From: Deltaproteobacteria bacterium
Lineage (GTDB): Bacteria; Myxococcota_A; Polyangia; GCA-2747355
Direction: 5' to 3'
Assembly: GCA_020633415.1 (NCBI GenBank)
Contig: JACKDQ010000002.1
Location: 134,945-198,944, forward strand
Length of the DNA stretch: 64,000 nucleotides
Shown: positions 1 through 10,300 of the stretch, in pieces
Position numbering within the stretch: position 1 is the stretch's first letter
How the letters are laid out: every line of letters begins with the position of its first letter
Notes under the pieces: generated by a model
What the model was told of the DNA's origin: nothing
Seen by the model: the letters and a program-made list of their open reading frames with translations, nothing else
Databases searched by the model: none
Program-made: the position numbers and the translations under genes

Positions 1-2
1 AA

Positions 3-119
3 GCGGCGGGTATCGACCTCAGTCAGTCCGACACGATAGCCGCCGTGGGCAGCCAACTCGATCGCCTGATCACGCAGCTCGAAGCCGAGCTCAAAGCGCT
101 CGATCGGCTTCCAAGCTAA
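3..119 (+). CDS. 3' end of a CDS truncated by the window edge (product unknown)
   Basis: Open frame from the window edge with G/C-rich third positions, ending TAA 117-119. Tail reads ...LDRLITQLEAELKALDRLPS. Confidence 0.3.
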   Translation, partial: AAGIDLSQSDTIAAVGSQLDRLITQLEAELKALDRLPS

Positions 120-167
120 CCAACTCAACGCGGCGGCAGAGCGGGCAGTTCGTCCGGAACCCTAACG

Positions 168-569
168 TTAGTTGGGCGCGCCACGCTCTTCTTCGGCACC
201 GAAAATCGCGTCCCAATTGCGCCGATAAGCCGCGCTGCTCACGCGCGCCGGTCCGGCGTGGTCGCTACGCCGAGCACCTTCGTGGATCACTTCGACGTCA
301 CAAAGCAGCGGCATCTCCGGGCGCGGTTTGAGTGAGATCACGTCGAGGTCATTGATCGGTTGGCCTTCTTTGACATGGCGCAGTTCAGCCAACTCCAGCT
401 TCCCTTCGCGCGCACGCAAGGCGCGCAGACCCTCGCCATCGGAAGTGCGACCGTGTACCAGCATCACGTCCTTTGCTAGCGCGGCGCCAGCCGATGACGC
501 CCTGGACTGCTCCGCGCCGGGTTTCGTGCGGTCTTCGACGACGATCGACGGTTGGACTTTGCGGCTCAT
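168..569 (-). CDS. hypothetical protein (133 aa)
   Basis: ORF-track frame with a coding-like composition. No motif recognised. Confidence 0.5.
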   Translation of the reverse strand: MSRKVQPSIVVEDRTKPGAEQSRASSAGAALAKDVMLVHGRTSDGEGLRALRAREGKLELAELRHVKEGQPINDLDVISLKPRPEMPLLCDVEVIHEGARRSDHAGPARVSSAAYRRNWDAIFGAEEERGAPN

Positions 570-662
570 CTCGACCGCAACGTAGTCATCGTTGCTAGCA
601 CTCGCAACCCCCGAAGCTGCAACTCGCTGTCATTACGAGCTTTTATAGTCACGCACAGACCG

Positions 663-1571
663 TTAAGGCGGGGAAAGGCTCAGCGCTAGCCCAGCAACGC
701 CGTCGGCGAAAAGCGGGCCAAGCCGCAGCCCCGACCCGTTGGGCGCCGCAAAGGAAAACGGCAAGAGATGACTCAGTAGAGCCCCGAACGAGATACCACC
801 AGCGATCGCCAAGGCGCTGGCCGTCGAAATCGATGGCCGCGCGGCGCGATCGGTGTGAGCAAACGAAATGCCCAGCGCCAAGCCACTGCCAACGAGGGCG
901 CCAACGACCACATCGGAGAGATAGTGGCGACCGGCGCGCAAACGAAGTCCGGCGGTGAAACTGGCCAACGCCAACTGCATCCCCCAAAGCGAGGCACGGG
1001 CGGCGCGATCGCCCGAGCGCGCGGCGAACAGGTAGCTGCCAGAGACCGCCGCCGCAAAGGCTAACGAGCTGTGGCCGGAAAAGAACGAGGCGTAAGCACC
1101 ATCGCCCTTGGCTTGGGCATAGGCGGCCACCGCGGGGTCGGCACTGTGGGTGTAAGGACGCGGTCGACCAACCAATCGCTTGGTGAGCATGGTCAGCGCG
1201 GCATCGATCGCGATCACTTGCGCATAGATCAGCGTTGCTCGACCCGTGTCGGCGTCAGCGCCTGGAGCGAGTTGGGCGATCAACGGCGTGGTCAGCGTGG
1301 TGTAGAGCGTCAGATCGCTGATGCGCGACGCGCGCGCTGAAAAGTTGCGCTGCGCAGCCGCTTCCCCCGGCAACCAGGCGCCCCAATTGCCGCGCCGCGA
1401 CGGCGTGTTGCTCGCAGCGATCGCCAAGGCGATCGCCCCAGAGAGCAAGGCCACATCGCTTCCGACATCGGTACGATAGCGTTCAGCGCGCAGAGCACGC
1501 GTTGCGCTGAGCTGCGTGATCAGCGCTGCCGCGGCAACGAGTGCGCGAGATCGGAGCTTAACTCTGTTCAT
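663..1571 (-). CDS. PAP2-family phosphatase (membrane/secreted)
   Basis: KRLVGRPRP, FFSGHSS and RAGRHYLSD match the PAP2 tripartite signature (KxxxxxxRP / SGH / RxxxxxHxxxD). N-terminal signal-like segment. Confidence 0.85.
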   Translation of the reverse strand: MNRVKLRSRALVAAAALITQLSATRALRAERYRTDVGSDVALLSGAIALAIAASNTPSRRGNWGAWLPGEAAAQRNFSARASRISDLTLYTTLTTPLIAQLAPGADADTGRATLIYAQVIAIDAALTMLTKRLVGRPRPYTHSADPAVAAYAQAKGDGAYASFFSGHSSLAFAAAVSGSYLFAARSGDRAARASLWGMQLALASFTAGLRLRAGRHYLSDVVVGALVGSGLALGISFAHTDRAARPSISTASALAIAGGISFGALLSHLLPFSFAAPNGSGLRLGPLFADGVAGLALSLSPP

Positions 1572-1709
1572 CGATCGACTCGATTCGCGCAGCGGTCAGT
1601 GAATCGTCATTGCAGGGCGTGACGGGCAGCTTCGCGCTAGACTATCGCCGCGCTGCTTGCCAAGCAACGGAGCCCAGCAAAAGCCGATCGGCCGAGGACC
1701 CCGACGACC

Positions 1710-1725
1710 TGGCAGCCCTGTCGCA
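1710..1725 (+). promoter_or_regulatory. sigma54-type (-24/-12) promoter candidate
   Basis: TGGCAG-N5-TCGCA with GG (1711-12) and GC (1723-24) exactly 12 nt apart, about 80 nt upstream of the beta-helix lipoprotein start. Confidence 0.3.
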
Positions 1726-1807
1726 AAATGCTTCGCTTTCCGACTGTTAACTGTCTCAGCTAATCGTCGCCAAAGACGCGCGCCAGCGCATTTGCTACGT
1801 TGTGTGG

Positions 1808-3430
1808 ATGCAGCTCCAGACGCTATTTGGGATCACCGCAGCGCTAACGCTATTGCTCGGCGGATGCAGCGCCGACCTTAAGCAGCAGTCGCAAATCGAT
1901 GGCGACGTGCCACCCGACAGCGACGCCGCGGGTCACGCCGACGCGACAGGGCCTAGCGATGGGACTTCGGCCGACGCGGCGATTCTGCCGCCACCGCCCC
2001 CACTCGGTCCCCCGGCCGGACTAGGCAGTGCCACGACAACAGGCCAACCGTGCAACGTGTCGAGCTCGCCGGCGATACGCTGCGTCGCTGCCACCAGCAC
2101 CGCTCCGCAACCCGACGGCAGTGCACAAAAACCCTTCGCTTCGATCCAAGCCGCCGTCGACGCGGCGAAAAACGGCGATACGATCCAGGTGGCCGGCGGC
2201 AACTATCGCGAGAACGTCGAGGTTAAAGGCAAAGGACTAACCCTGCTCGGCGGCTTCGCGCCAGACTTCGCCTCGCGCGACGCGGCGACCAACGTATCGA
2301 CGATCAACGGCATCGGTGGAAACGCCGTCGTCGCGCTACTCGACGCCAGGCAAACGACGATCGAAGGCTTTCGTATCACCAACGGCACCGGCAACGAGCT
2401 ACAGAGACAGTACTTCATCCTCGGTGGCGGCATCTATGGACGCGGCGGAACGTTGACGATTCGCGGCAACCTGATCGAGCAGAACAACATCATCGCAACC
2501 CACAACAACCGCGAGAACGTCGGTGGCGGCGCTTTCTTCGAATCGGCGACGGTCAACTTCGTCTCCAACGTCGTGCGTAACAATACCGGTGGCCGCGGTG
2601 CGGCGATCGGCACTCAGGACGGCGACCGCGTGCTAATCGAAGGAAACCTCGTGCTCGACAACACTGCGGTCGGCGACCACGGTGGCGGCATCTACGTCGC
2701 CGGCCCAAACATCGAAATCGTCGGGAATTATATCTCGGGCAACAAGGTGACCTTCCGCGAGGGCACCTGGGGCGGCGGGGTGCTGGTCTACAACAAGGGA
2801 TCCAAAGCTCAGTTGCGTTACAACACGATCACCAAGAATCACGCCACGCTGATCGGTTCGGGCGTGTTCATCGACGACGGCGCCCAAGTAACGCTGCAAA
2901 ACGAGCTGATCTTTGGCAACGTTTGCCCGGAGACCGGCGGTGCCGGGCTTTACGTCGATGGCTTGACCAAGTCACTGGGCTCGCGCGCCACCGTGCTGTT
3001 TAGCACGATCGCCGGCCACAACTGCCCAAGCGGCAAGGGGCAGGCGGTCTTTCTCGAAGCCGGCTCACAGGTCGAGATCAAAAACAGCATCCTTTGGGGC
3101 AACGGCGGCGACGACCTCTACGCCGACGGCTCATCGTCGATCAGCGCGGCCTTCACGATCAGCCAAGAGAAATTCAGCGGCACGCAGCAGACTGATCCCC
3201 TGTTCGTCGACCCCAAGAGCGACTTCCATTTGCGCTCGCGCGCCGGACATTTTGCTGCCAACGGCAACTGGGTGGTCGATGCCGAGCATAGCCCGGCGAT
3301 CGATGCTGCTGACCCAACGGCGCCAGTGGGCAGCGAAACCAGCCCGCACGGCAACCGCGCTAACCTCGGCGCCTACGGCACGACCCGCGAAGCCAGCCGC
3401 TCCCAGTCGTCGGCGGCTACGCCCCGATAA
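1808..3430 (+). CDS. right-handed parallel beta-helix repeat lipoprotein
   Basis: Signal peptide plus lipobox LLLGGC. Repeated G-G-G-I/N-rich turns (GGGIYGRGG, GGGAFF, GGGIYV, GGGVLV) typical of the pectate-lyase-like beta-helix. Start is ATG 1808 or GTG 1802. Confidence 0.8.
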   Translation: MQLQTLFGITAALTLLLGGCSADLKQQSQIDGDVPPDSDAAGHADATGPSDGTSADAAILPPPPPLGPPAGLGSATTTGQPCNVSSSPAIRCVAATSTAPQPDGSAQKPFASIQAAVDAAKNGDTIQVAGGNYRENVEVKGKGLTLLGGFAPDFASRDAATNVSTINGIGGNAVVALLDARQTTIEGFRITNGTGNELQRQYFILGGGIYGRGGTLTIRGNLIEQNNIIATHNNRENVGGGAFFESATVNFVSNVVRNNTGGRGAAIGTQDGDRVLIEGNLVLDNTAVGDHGGGIYVAGPNIEIVGNYISGNKVTFREGTWGGGVLVYNKGSKAQLRYNTITKNHATLIGSGVFIDDGAQVTLQNELIFGNVCPETGGAGLYVDGLTKSLGSRATVLFSTIAGHNCPSGKGQAVFLEAGSQVEIKNSILWGNGGDDLYADGSSSISAAFTISQEKFSGTQQTDPLFVDPKSDFHLRSRAGHFAANGNWVVDAEHSPAIDAADPTAPVGSETSPHGNRANLGAYGTTREASRSQSSAATPR

Positions 3431-3619
3431 CGGTCGGTCCGTCCAGCAGTCGGCAAGGGTATCGCTTGGCCTGGGCAGCAGCGAAGGCGATGTCATAATT
3501 GATGGTTTCCGCGCTTGAGCGACAACGCCCAGGCGGCGCAAGCGCCCGCAAATTTTGTGAGGAATCGCTGTTTCAGCGGACCAGGCAGCGTCCTATAATC
3601 CCCCGAGCAGGAGGTGATC

Positions 3620-4084
3620 ATGACCGCAGAGAGCATCGTTCAGCGGCTAACCACCCGACGCGTGGGCGACGTGATGACGCGTCAGTTTTGGTCGGTGGCA
3701 ACCACAGACAAACTTGCCGATGTCAGCCACGAGCTGATCGAGCGGGGCTTGAGCGCCGCACCCGTCTTGCGCAGCGACGGCGCGCTGGCTGGAATCATCA
3801 CCAAGACCGACCTGCTCAAAGAAAAAGAAGATGTCGATCCCCAGCTCACCGTCGAAGCGGCGATGACCCCGGTGACCTATTCGCTGACCGAGGATGCTAC
3901 CGTTGCCGACGCGACCGCTGCGCTGGGCTTCGAAGGCATCCATCATCTCCCGGTGCTCAACGCCCAAGGCAAGATCTCGGGCATGCTCTCCTCGCTCGAC
4001 TTACTCGCCGAGATCGCCAGCGCATTGGGATACCAGCAAAAGCGCGGCGCTCAGGGGCTGATCTTCGCCCGCAACGCCAGCTAA
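3620..4084 (+). CDS. CBS domain pair protein
   Basis: Two CBS-like modules (..VMTRQFWSV...SAAPVL.. and ..AMTPVTYSL...HHLPVLN..). AGGAGG lies 5 nt upstream of ATG 3620, and TATAAT at 3594-3599. Confidence 0.85.
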   Translation: MTAESIVQRLTTRRVGDVMTRQFWSVATTDKLADVSHELIERGLSAAPVLRSDGALAGIITKTDLLKEKEDVDPQLTVEAAMTPVTYSLTEDATVADATAALGFEGIHHLPVLNAQGKISGMLSSLDLLAEIASALGYQQKRGAQGLIFARNAS

Positions 4085-4183
4085 TCGCCGTTTCGAGCCC
4101 TTTTACGCGGTGCGTCGATCGCGTTTGACACCGACCGCAAGGGTTTGCTTAGACTCTGCTTTCACATAGCGGAAGGTGTGGCG

Positions 4184-4999
4184 ATGAAACGCGCGAATCC
4201 TTTGCCCCGACGAACCAACCCGTTTTTCCAATGGGCCTCGGTGATCGCCGCGATTGTCCTTTTGGCCGGCTGCAAGAAGCAGTCGGCCGAACAGCCCACC
4301 ACCGCCCCCGAGGCCACAGCCAAAGAAACCGCGCCCAGCGCGCCGGTCCAACGACCGCTAACCCCGGCGGCCAAAGCCGCCCACATGCGCGACCACTTTA
4401 CCAAGGCCGCAGTTGTCAATCAGGCGATCCTCAGCGGGAACCTCGCCGCCGCCAAGCAAGCCGCCACCTGGCTGGTCGAGCACAAAGACCCTGCGCCACC
4501 TCAGACGTGGAACGTCGAGCCGCTGCGTCTGGCGGCCCGCCGCGTCGCCGAAGCGAGCAACCTGACGACCGCAGGAGCCGCGCTCGGCGAGCTCGCCGCG
4601 ACCTGTGGCAGCTGCCATGTCGCCATGAAGACCAACATCAAGTTTGCCGACGAGCTGCTCGTCTCGGGCGGAACTGACATCAAAGAGCGGATGCGTCGCC
4701 ATGTCTGGGCGACCAAGCGATTCTGGGAGGGGCTGGTGATCCCTTCGGACGAAAAGTGGGCGGGCGCCGCACACCTGCTTCACGAAAAGGCGCTGCGCGA
4801 GCTGCCTAACGTCAAGGACCAAGCCAAGCTCAAAGCCGCCCAGCAGGCCGCCCAATCGGTCCACGACCTGGGCAAGGCGGCGCTGAGCACCAAAGATCTG
4901 GCGATGCGTGCTCAGCTCTACGGACAGTTGGCGGCAACCTGTGCCGGCTGCCACAAGCTGATCCGCCCGCCGAAAGCCGAGCTCGCGACAATAAGGTAG
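4184..4999 (+). CDS. di-haem c-type cytochrome lipoprotein (two tandem helical modules)
   Basis: Lipobox LLAGC. Two CxxCH motifs (CGSCH, CAGCH), each in the context LAATCxxCH at the end of a roughly 100-aa Ala/Leu-rich module that begins MRxH. Confidence 0.75.
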   Translation: MKRANPLPRRTNPFFQWASVIAAIVLLAGCKKQSAEQPTTAPEATAKETAPSAPVQRPLTPAAKAAHMRDHFTKAAVVNQAILSGNLAAAKQAATWLVEHKDPAPPQTWNVEPLRLAARRVAEASNLTTAGAALGELAATCGSCHVAMKTNIKFADELLVSGGTDIKERMRRHVWATKRFWEGLVIPSDEKWAGAAHLLHEKALRELPNVKDQAKLKAAQQAAQSVHDLGKAALSTKDLAMRAQLYGQLAATCAGCHKLIRPPKAELATIR

Positions 5000-5139
5000 C
5001 CCGCACGCCGCGCTCCAACCGCCGGGAATCGCTGCAACGCAGCATCACAAGACCTGCTATTCGCTGAGCGTTACAGAAAAAACCGCAGACGATTAGCGGC
5101 CCATTAAATGCTCCAGACTTTCGGTCGATAAGACCCTCA

Positions 5140-6129
5140 ATGGGTCGTGCCAGCCACTCCACCGCCGAGGCGGTCCAGGTTCCCTCGATCGACGTGCTGC
5201 TGATCGATGATGATCCGGATGACTACGTGATCACCCGGGATCTGCTGCTCAACGCTCGCCAACTCAATCTCGAATGGATCGACTCGGCCGAGCGAGCGAT
5301 CAACGAGATGGCGACCAACCGCCATCAGGTCTACTTGCTCGACTTCCACTTGGGCGCGCTCGACGGCTTGACCGTCTGGGAACAAGCCACCGCCTCCGGC
5401 TGCCAAGGCGCGGTGATCTTCCTAACCGGTGAGGGTGGACGCGACATCGACCTGGTGGTGATGGACCGCGGGGCCCACGACTACATCGCCAAAGAAGAGG
5501 TCACCGCCGAACGGTTGGAGCGCGCGATCCGCTACGCCTATCGTTCACAGCGACGAACCCAAGAGCTCCAAAGCCTGGCGAGCAGCGATACGCTGACCGG
5601 ACTGCTCAACCAGGCAGGCTTTCGCCAGCAGGCCAGCTTGGCCCTGGCGCGTTCGATTCGCAACAAGACCAGCGGCGCGCTGCTGTTTATCGACCTCGAT
5701 GGCTTCAAACCGATCAACGATACCGTCGGTCATCAAGCCGGCGACGAGGTGCTGCGGGTTGTCGCCCAACGTTTGCGCGAGACGGTACGACACACCGACG
5801 TGATCGGTCGCGTCGGTGGAGACGAGTTTGCCGTGGTCTTGGAACGCGTCGATGGCCAAGACAATGTCCGCGCAATCGCCGACAAGGTGCTCGAGAGCAT
5901 CTGCCAGCCGATCGAGGCGATGGGACAGGTGGTGCGCGTCGGCGCCAGCATCGGCGCGAGCATGTTTCCCCGCGACGGCATGGACGTCGAGCGACTGATC
6001 CAGCGCGCCGACACCGCGATGTACCACTGCAAGCAGACCGGCGGCCGCCAATGCGCCTTTTACGAGGCGGATATGCAAACGCTAACCGGCGGCTGGCCCA
6101 TCGACCTTCTAGCGTCCGACGACGACTAG
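5140..6129 (+). CDS. response regulator receiver + GGDEF diguanylate cyclase
   Basis: Receiver (VLLIDDDPDD...YLLDFHL) followed by a GGDEF domain (RVGGDEFAVVL), with an RHTD I-site 5 residues upstream of GGDEF. Confidence 0.9.
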   Translation: MGRASHSTAEAVQVPSIDVLLIDDDPDDYVITRDLLLNARQLNLEWIDSAERAINEMATNRHQVYLLDFHLGALDGLTVWEQATASGCQGAVIFLTGEGGRDIDLVVMDRGAHDYIAKEEVTAERLERAIRYAYRSQRRTQELQSLASSDTLTGLLNQAGFRQQASLALARSIRNKTSGALLFIDLDGFKPINDTVGHQAGDEVLRVVAQRLRETVRHTDVIGRVGGDEFAVVLERVDGQDNVRAIADKVLESICQPIEAMGQVVRVGASIGASMFPRDGMDVERLIQRADTAMYHCKQTGGRQCAFYEADMQTLTGGWPIDLLASDDD

Positions 6130-6132
6130 ATT

Positions 6133-6182
6133 CCCCCTTTGCCTGGGGCGACTTTTTTTCGCGGAGCGAGCGCATTTTTTTT
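6133..6182 (+). terminator. possible intrinsic terminator region (two short GC stems, each followed by a T7-T8 run)
   Basis: CCCC..GGGG stem followed by T7 (6153-6159), then a weak stem followed by T8 (6175-6182), just after the GGDEF gene stop at 6129. Confidence 0.35.
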
Positions 6183-6309
6183 GAGCGGCACGCTAACCAC
6201 GCGAAGATCAGCACGATCTCGTCGCTAGTCTACTAACGCTCTGACAGTGCTGTCGCGGTGACGGCGCCTGCATCCCCAGAAAAAGCAATAACTTACAGCG
6301 ATTCTCGCC

Positions 6310-6325
6310 AGGCACAGCCCTTGCT
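6310..6325 (+). promoter_or_regulatory. sigma54-type (-24/-12) promoter
   Basis: aGGCACagcccTTGCt. GGCAC and TTGC have consensus spacing (GG 6311-12, GC 6323-24), about 55 nt upstream of the OMP start at 6380. Confidence 0.5.
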
Positions 6326-6379
6326 TTGGATGTGTGTATACTGCGCACCGCCGCGTACCCGCGGCGCAGGGAGGTCGTC

Positions 6380-7387
6380 TTGTCATTACGTAGATGTACA
6401 GTGCTGCTCTGCACGCTGCTGATCTCGTCGAGCGCGATGGCGCAATTCGATGAGCCAGCGACGCAGATCGGCACGAAGAAGCGTGCCCAGCTGGGCGACG
6501 ACTGGCGAGGCAGTCAGCTGTTCTATCGCAATGAGATCAGTCTGCCGACGCTCGATCGGTCCTATGACCAAACCTACAACCCCTATTGGGGCAACATGTT
6601 GTACTTCCGCGCGCGCTACGCGCTGAGCGAGATGTTTTACGTGCAAGCCAAGTTCTGGCTGGCCTGGGAAAACACCAACTCTGATGTCACGACGTCAGAA
6701 CGCGAAGTTTGGCCGAGCAACCTCACGCTGACCGCGGGCGCCGACAATTTCTATCGCATCCCGCTCGCGAAGATCGATCTCTCGGCCAACTTTGAGATGA
6801 TCTTGCCAACCAGTCCGACGGCGCAAGCGCGGACGATGGTGCTCGGCCTCAAAGGCGGCCTTTCACTGGCGCGAACTTTCACCTCCGTCGCCAAAGGGCT
6901 CACCATCGGCTACGACCTCGATCTGACCAAGTATCTGAATCGCTACAGCACAGCACAACGCGAGTCCCCGCTGATCCCGGGTTGCGCAGGCACCCTCGAT
7001 GGCTGCGATCAATTTCTCAACAGCGGCGTGCGCAACAGCAGCGTCTCGCTCGACAACTCGCTTTCGGCCCAGTTGAGGATCACCAAGTGGCTGAGCGCCT
7101 ACACGGCGTTCACCGCTCGTGTGGACTTCCTCTATGGCGCTGCAGCGCTGAGCAGCGGATCGCCGCAGCCACTTGAAGATCAAAACCAGCGTTTCTGGTT
7201 GCTCGGTGACATCGGCCTCAAGGCCGACGTCTATAAACCGCTCTTCCTGCGCCTCGGCGCTGCAACGGTGCATCAATTCCAAGCACCGGACGGCAGCCTG
7301 CGCGCACCGATCTTTGACCGCAACACCGTGTTTTACCTTGACGTCGGGGTCAACGTTGCCGACCTCGTCAGCAAGCTTGGAGGATAA
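6380..7387 (+). CDS. putative outer-membrane beta-barrel protein
   Basis: AGGGAGG lies 5 nt upstream of TTG 6380. Signal peptide ...LLISSSAMA/QF. Alternating hydrophobic beta-strand pattern throughout. The next gene starts 5 nt after the stop. Confidence 0.65.
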   Translation: MSLRRCTVLLCTLLISSSAMAQFDEPATQIGTKKRAQLGDDWRGSQLFYRNEISLPTLDRSYDQTYNPYWGNMLYFRARYALSEMFYVQAKFWLAWENTNSDVTTSEREVWPSNLTLTAGADNFYRIPLAKIDLSANFEMILPTSPTAQARTMVLGLKGGLSLARTFTSVAKGLTIGYDLDLTKYLNRYSTAQRESPLIPGCAGTLDGCDQFLNSGVRNSSVSLDNSLSAQLRITKWLSAYTAFTARVDFLYGAAALSSGSPQPLEDQNQRFWLLGDIGLKADVYKPLFLRLGAATVHQFQAPDGSLRAPIFDRNTVFYLDVGVNVADLVSKLGG

Positions 7388-7391
7388 AGGA

Positions 7392-10300
7392 ATGTATCGT
7401 TATCTGATCGCCGCCTCGGCATTGTTGTTTGCTGCCTCGTGCGGCATCGAGCGGGACCCCATCAATCAGGTACAGCCGAACTACGTTAAGAAGGCTAATC
7501 TGAGCGGTGAGTGGTACTACCAACGGACGGTTGTCGACGTCCCGTCATCCAACGGGTTTACCTTCGTCGGCGGCTCGGACTTTTCCGGCCTGGCGAAGAT
7601 TCGCTGGGACATTCAAGAGGACTACCTCTACGCGCGTCGCACCACTGAGCTGATCAAAGGCGCCGACGACAAGTCCAACGATGTGACCGGATACAAGGGC
7701 GAAGTGATCGCAGCATTTGCGATCTCAAAGCACTTCGACATCATCAAGGACTACAACCCGACCACCGGCGAACAGATCAATCGCGTCGTCGAAAACGAGA
7801 GCGACCGTCCCTGGTATGAGCGCGACTACATGCGCATCGATTGGTCGGCCAACCTGGTGAAAAACTACCAGCTCGATTTCGAGGCCGCCTCGGTCGAGCC
7901 CGTCCCCTACTTCGTGCAGAAGTACGACGATCCGGCTTGCGAGCGTGGCACGGGCGAGCTCGGCGACAACACGCCGCCTGCCAGCGACAAGTGCAAGCTC
8001 AATCCCGATGCGCCATACGCCGAATCGGACTTCAGCTATTTCGACGTCACCAACAAGCTGTTCGCCAAGGCGGGATCGATCGAGATCCCCGGCTACGGCG
8101 AAGTGCCACTGTGCTGGCTGCGCGGTGAAGAGTTCACCGAGTGCGGTGCCGGCGAGTACTCGATCCGCAACAGCTTCCTGAAGATCGACGACAAACGCCA
8201 ATACGACCCGATGCCTTACAAGGGCAAGTCCACCGAGATGTTCGGCTTCTTTACCGCCGATCGGCTGGTCTACGACGGCAAACAAGCCGTCCGCGAGCAG
8301 AACAAAGAGCGCTACCTGACACGCCACAATCTATGGGTCAATTGGCGCGACGCACAAGGCAAGCTGATCCCCTATGCGCAGCGCAAACTGCGCCCGATCG
8401 TCTACTTCGTCAACCGCGACTTCCCCGAGGATCTCAAGCACGTCGCTCGCGAAGTGGGTAGACAGTACAACGAAACCTTCACCAACATCGTTAAGACGCT
8501 GGGCCACAACCCGACGGGCAACGTGTTCATCCTCTGCGAGAACAACCCGGTTAAAGAGGGTGACCCCGAGCAATGTGGCAAGGCCGGCAATTCGCCGCGC
8601 CTCGGCGACATTCGCTACTCGTTCATGGCCTACGTGCCGAAGTTCATGGAATACGGCCTGCTCGGCCTCGGGCCATCAAACAACGACCCAGAGACCGGCG
8701 AGATCTTCAGTGGCATGGCTTATGTCTACCACCACAACAACACCGCTGCGTTCCGCACCCAAGAGATGGTCGAACTGCTTTCGGGCAAGAGCGATGTCAA
8801 TAAGTACATCGACGGCGTTGACCTCGGCGAATGGCTACAGCGTGTGAACTCGGGGACCACCTCGGGCGGCCGGACGCACGACCTCGAAGCCGCCAAGCAC
8901 ATGGTGGAGAAGCTAACCACCGGTTGGCGCGCCGAGTACTGGAAAAACAACCGCTACAAGCTCACCGCAACCGACGAGCTCAAACAGAAGACCGACGGCT
9001 TCGATAAGTGGCTTGAGCCGCACCTGGACAACCTCTACTACAATCACAAGATCCTCAACGGCGAGCTGCGATCGGCCAACGGCCGGCTCGCTCAGCTCAA
9101 GGGCACCTACATCGAGGACCTACTGCTCAACAAAGAGATGAAGTTGGTCGCCGGCAAGCTGCCCAACGACCCAGCTGAGCTGACCGATGACGAAAAGAAG
9201 CGCGTCAGCGTCGTGCGCGGTGGCTTCGGTCGCATGCTCAAGCTGCGCGCAAAGACGCGTGAGAAGTTCGCGGCCAGCCGCAACATGTATCTGCCGGAGA
9301 TGGCAGACGATGCGCTGATCGGCCTCGCACGTGAGCTAAAAGACAAGCCCACCGCAGAGACCTACAACATCATCCGCACCGCGATCTACACCGCCGTACT
9401 CACCCACGAGGTTGGTCACAGCCTAGGCTTGATGCACAACTTTGGTGGCTCCGACGACGCGCTCAACTATCACGACGAGTACTGGAAGATCCGTGACGAC
9501 GGCACGGTCGGTCCCCGCTTGACGGACCCGATCACTGAGGCCGAAAAGAACGCAAAGATCTACAACTACGCCTATAGCTCGGTGATGGACTACGCCGGCC
9601 GCTACACGATCGACGGCAAAGGTCTGGGCAAGTACGACCGTGCGGCACTGATGTATGGCTATGCGCAAAAAGTCGAGGTTTACAAGGACACCGTTGGCAT
9701 TCAGGCCAGCACGATGCGTGACTGGCACGAGCGTGACGGCGAGATCGTCAACTTCCTGATCACGGGTCCACGGGCCACCCATTACACGCTGTTCTACAAG
9801 ACGATGGGCCCCAAGCTGTACGAAGCGAGCAACCGTGAGTTGGTCGACGCGTCGACGCTCTCCGCCGACGCATCGGTAGCGACGATCAACGGCAAGGACA
9901 TGGTCCGCGTGCCGTACATCTACTGCTCGCACACGCGCGCCAACTTGGGCGACAGCTGCCTGACCCGCGACTTCGGGGCCGACAGCATGGAGCGCATGCA
10001 GAACATCCTCGATGAACTCGACACCTGGTACATCCAGCGCAACTTCCCGCGCGGCCAGGTCGGCGTCGACCACTACGGCTACGTTGGCAACTATTACTCG
10101 CGGATCTACGACCGCCTCAAGAACTGGAACGACATCTACTCGCTGTACGTCGATCTGCTGCCGCAGTTCTACTCGCCGGCCGTACTCCAGGGTTTCTTCA
10201 ACGATCCGGAAAACGGCTGGGGTGACAAGACCTGGGCGGTCCAGAACGCCTTCAACCACTTGGTGCAGACGGTCTTCTCGCCCAATACCGGCGCCTATGG

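Noticed and set aside
7173-7391. N-terminal extension of the metalloprotease ORF (track start 7173)
   Set aside because: It overlaps the 3' end of the OMP gene in another frame and is Ser/Thr/Cys-rich. The internal MYRYLIAASALLFAASC is a clean lipoprotein start 5 nt after the OMP stop.
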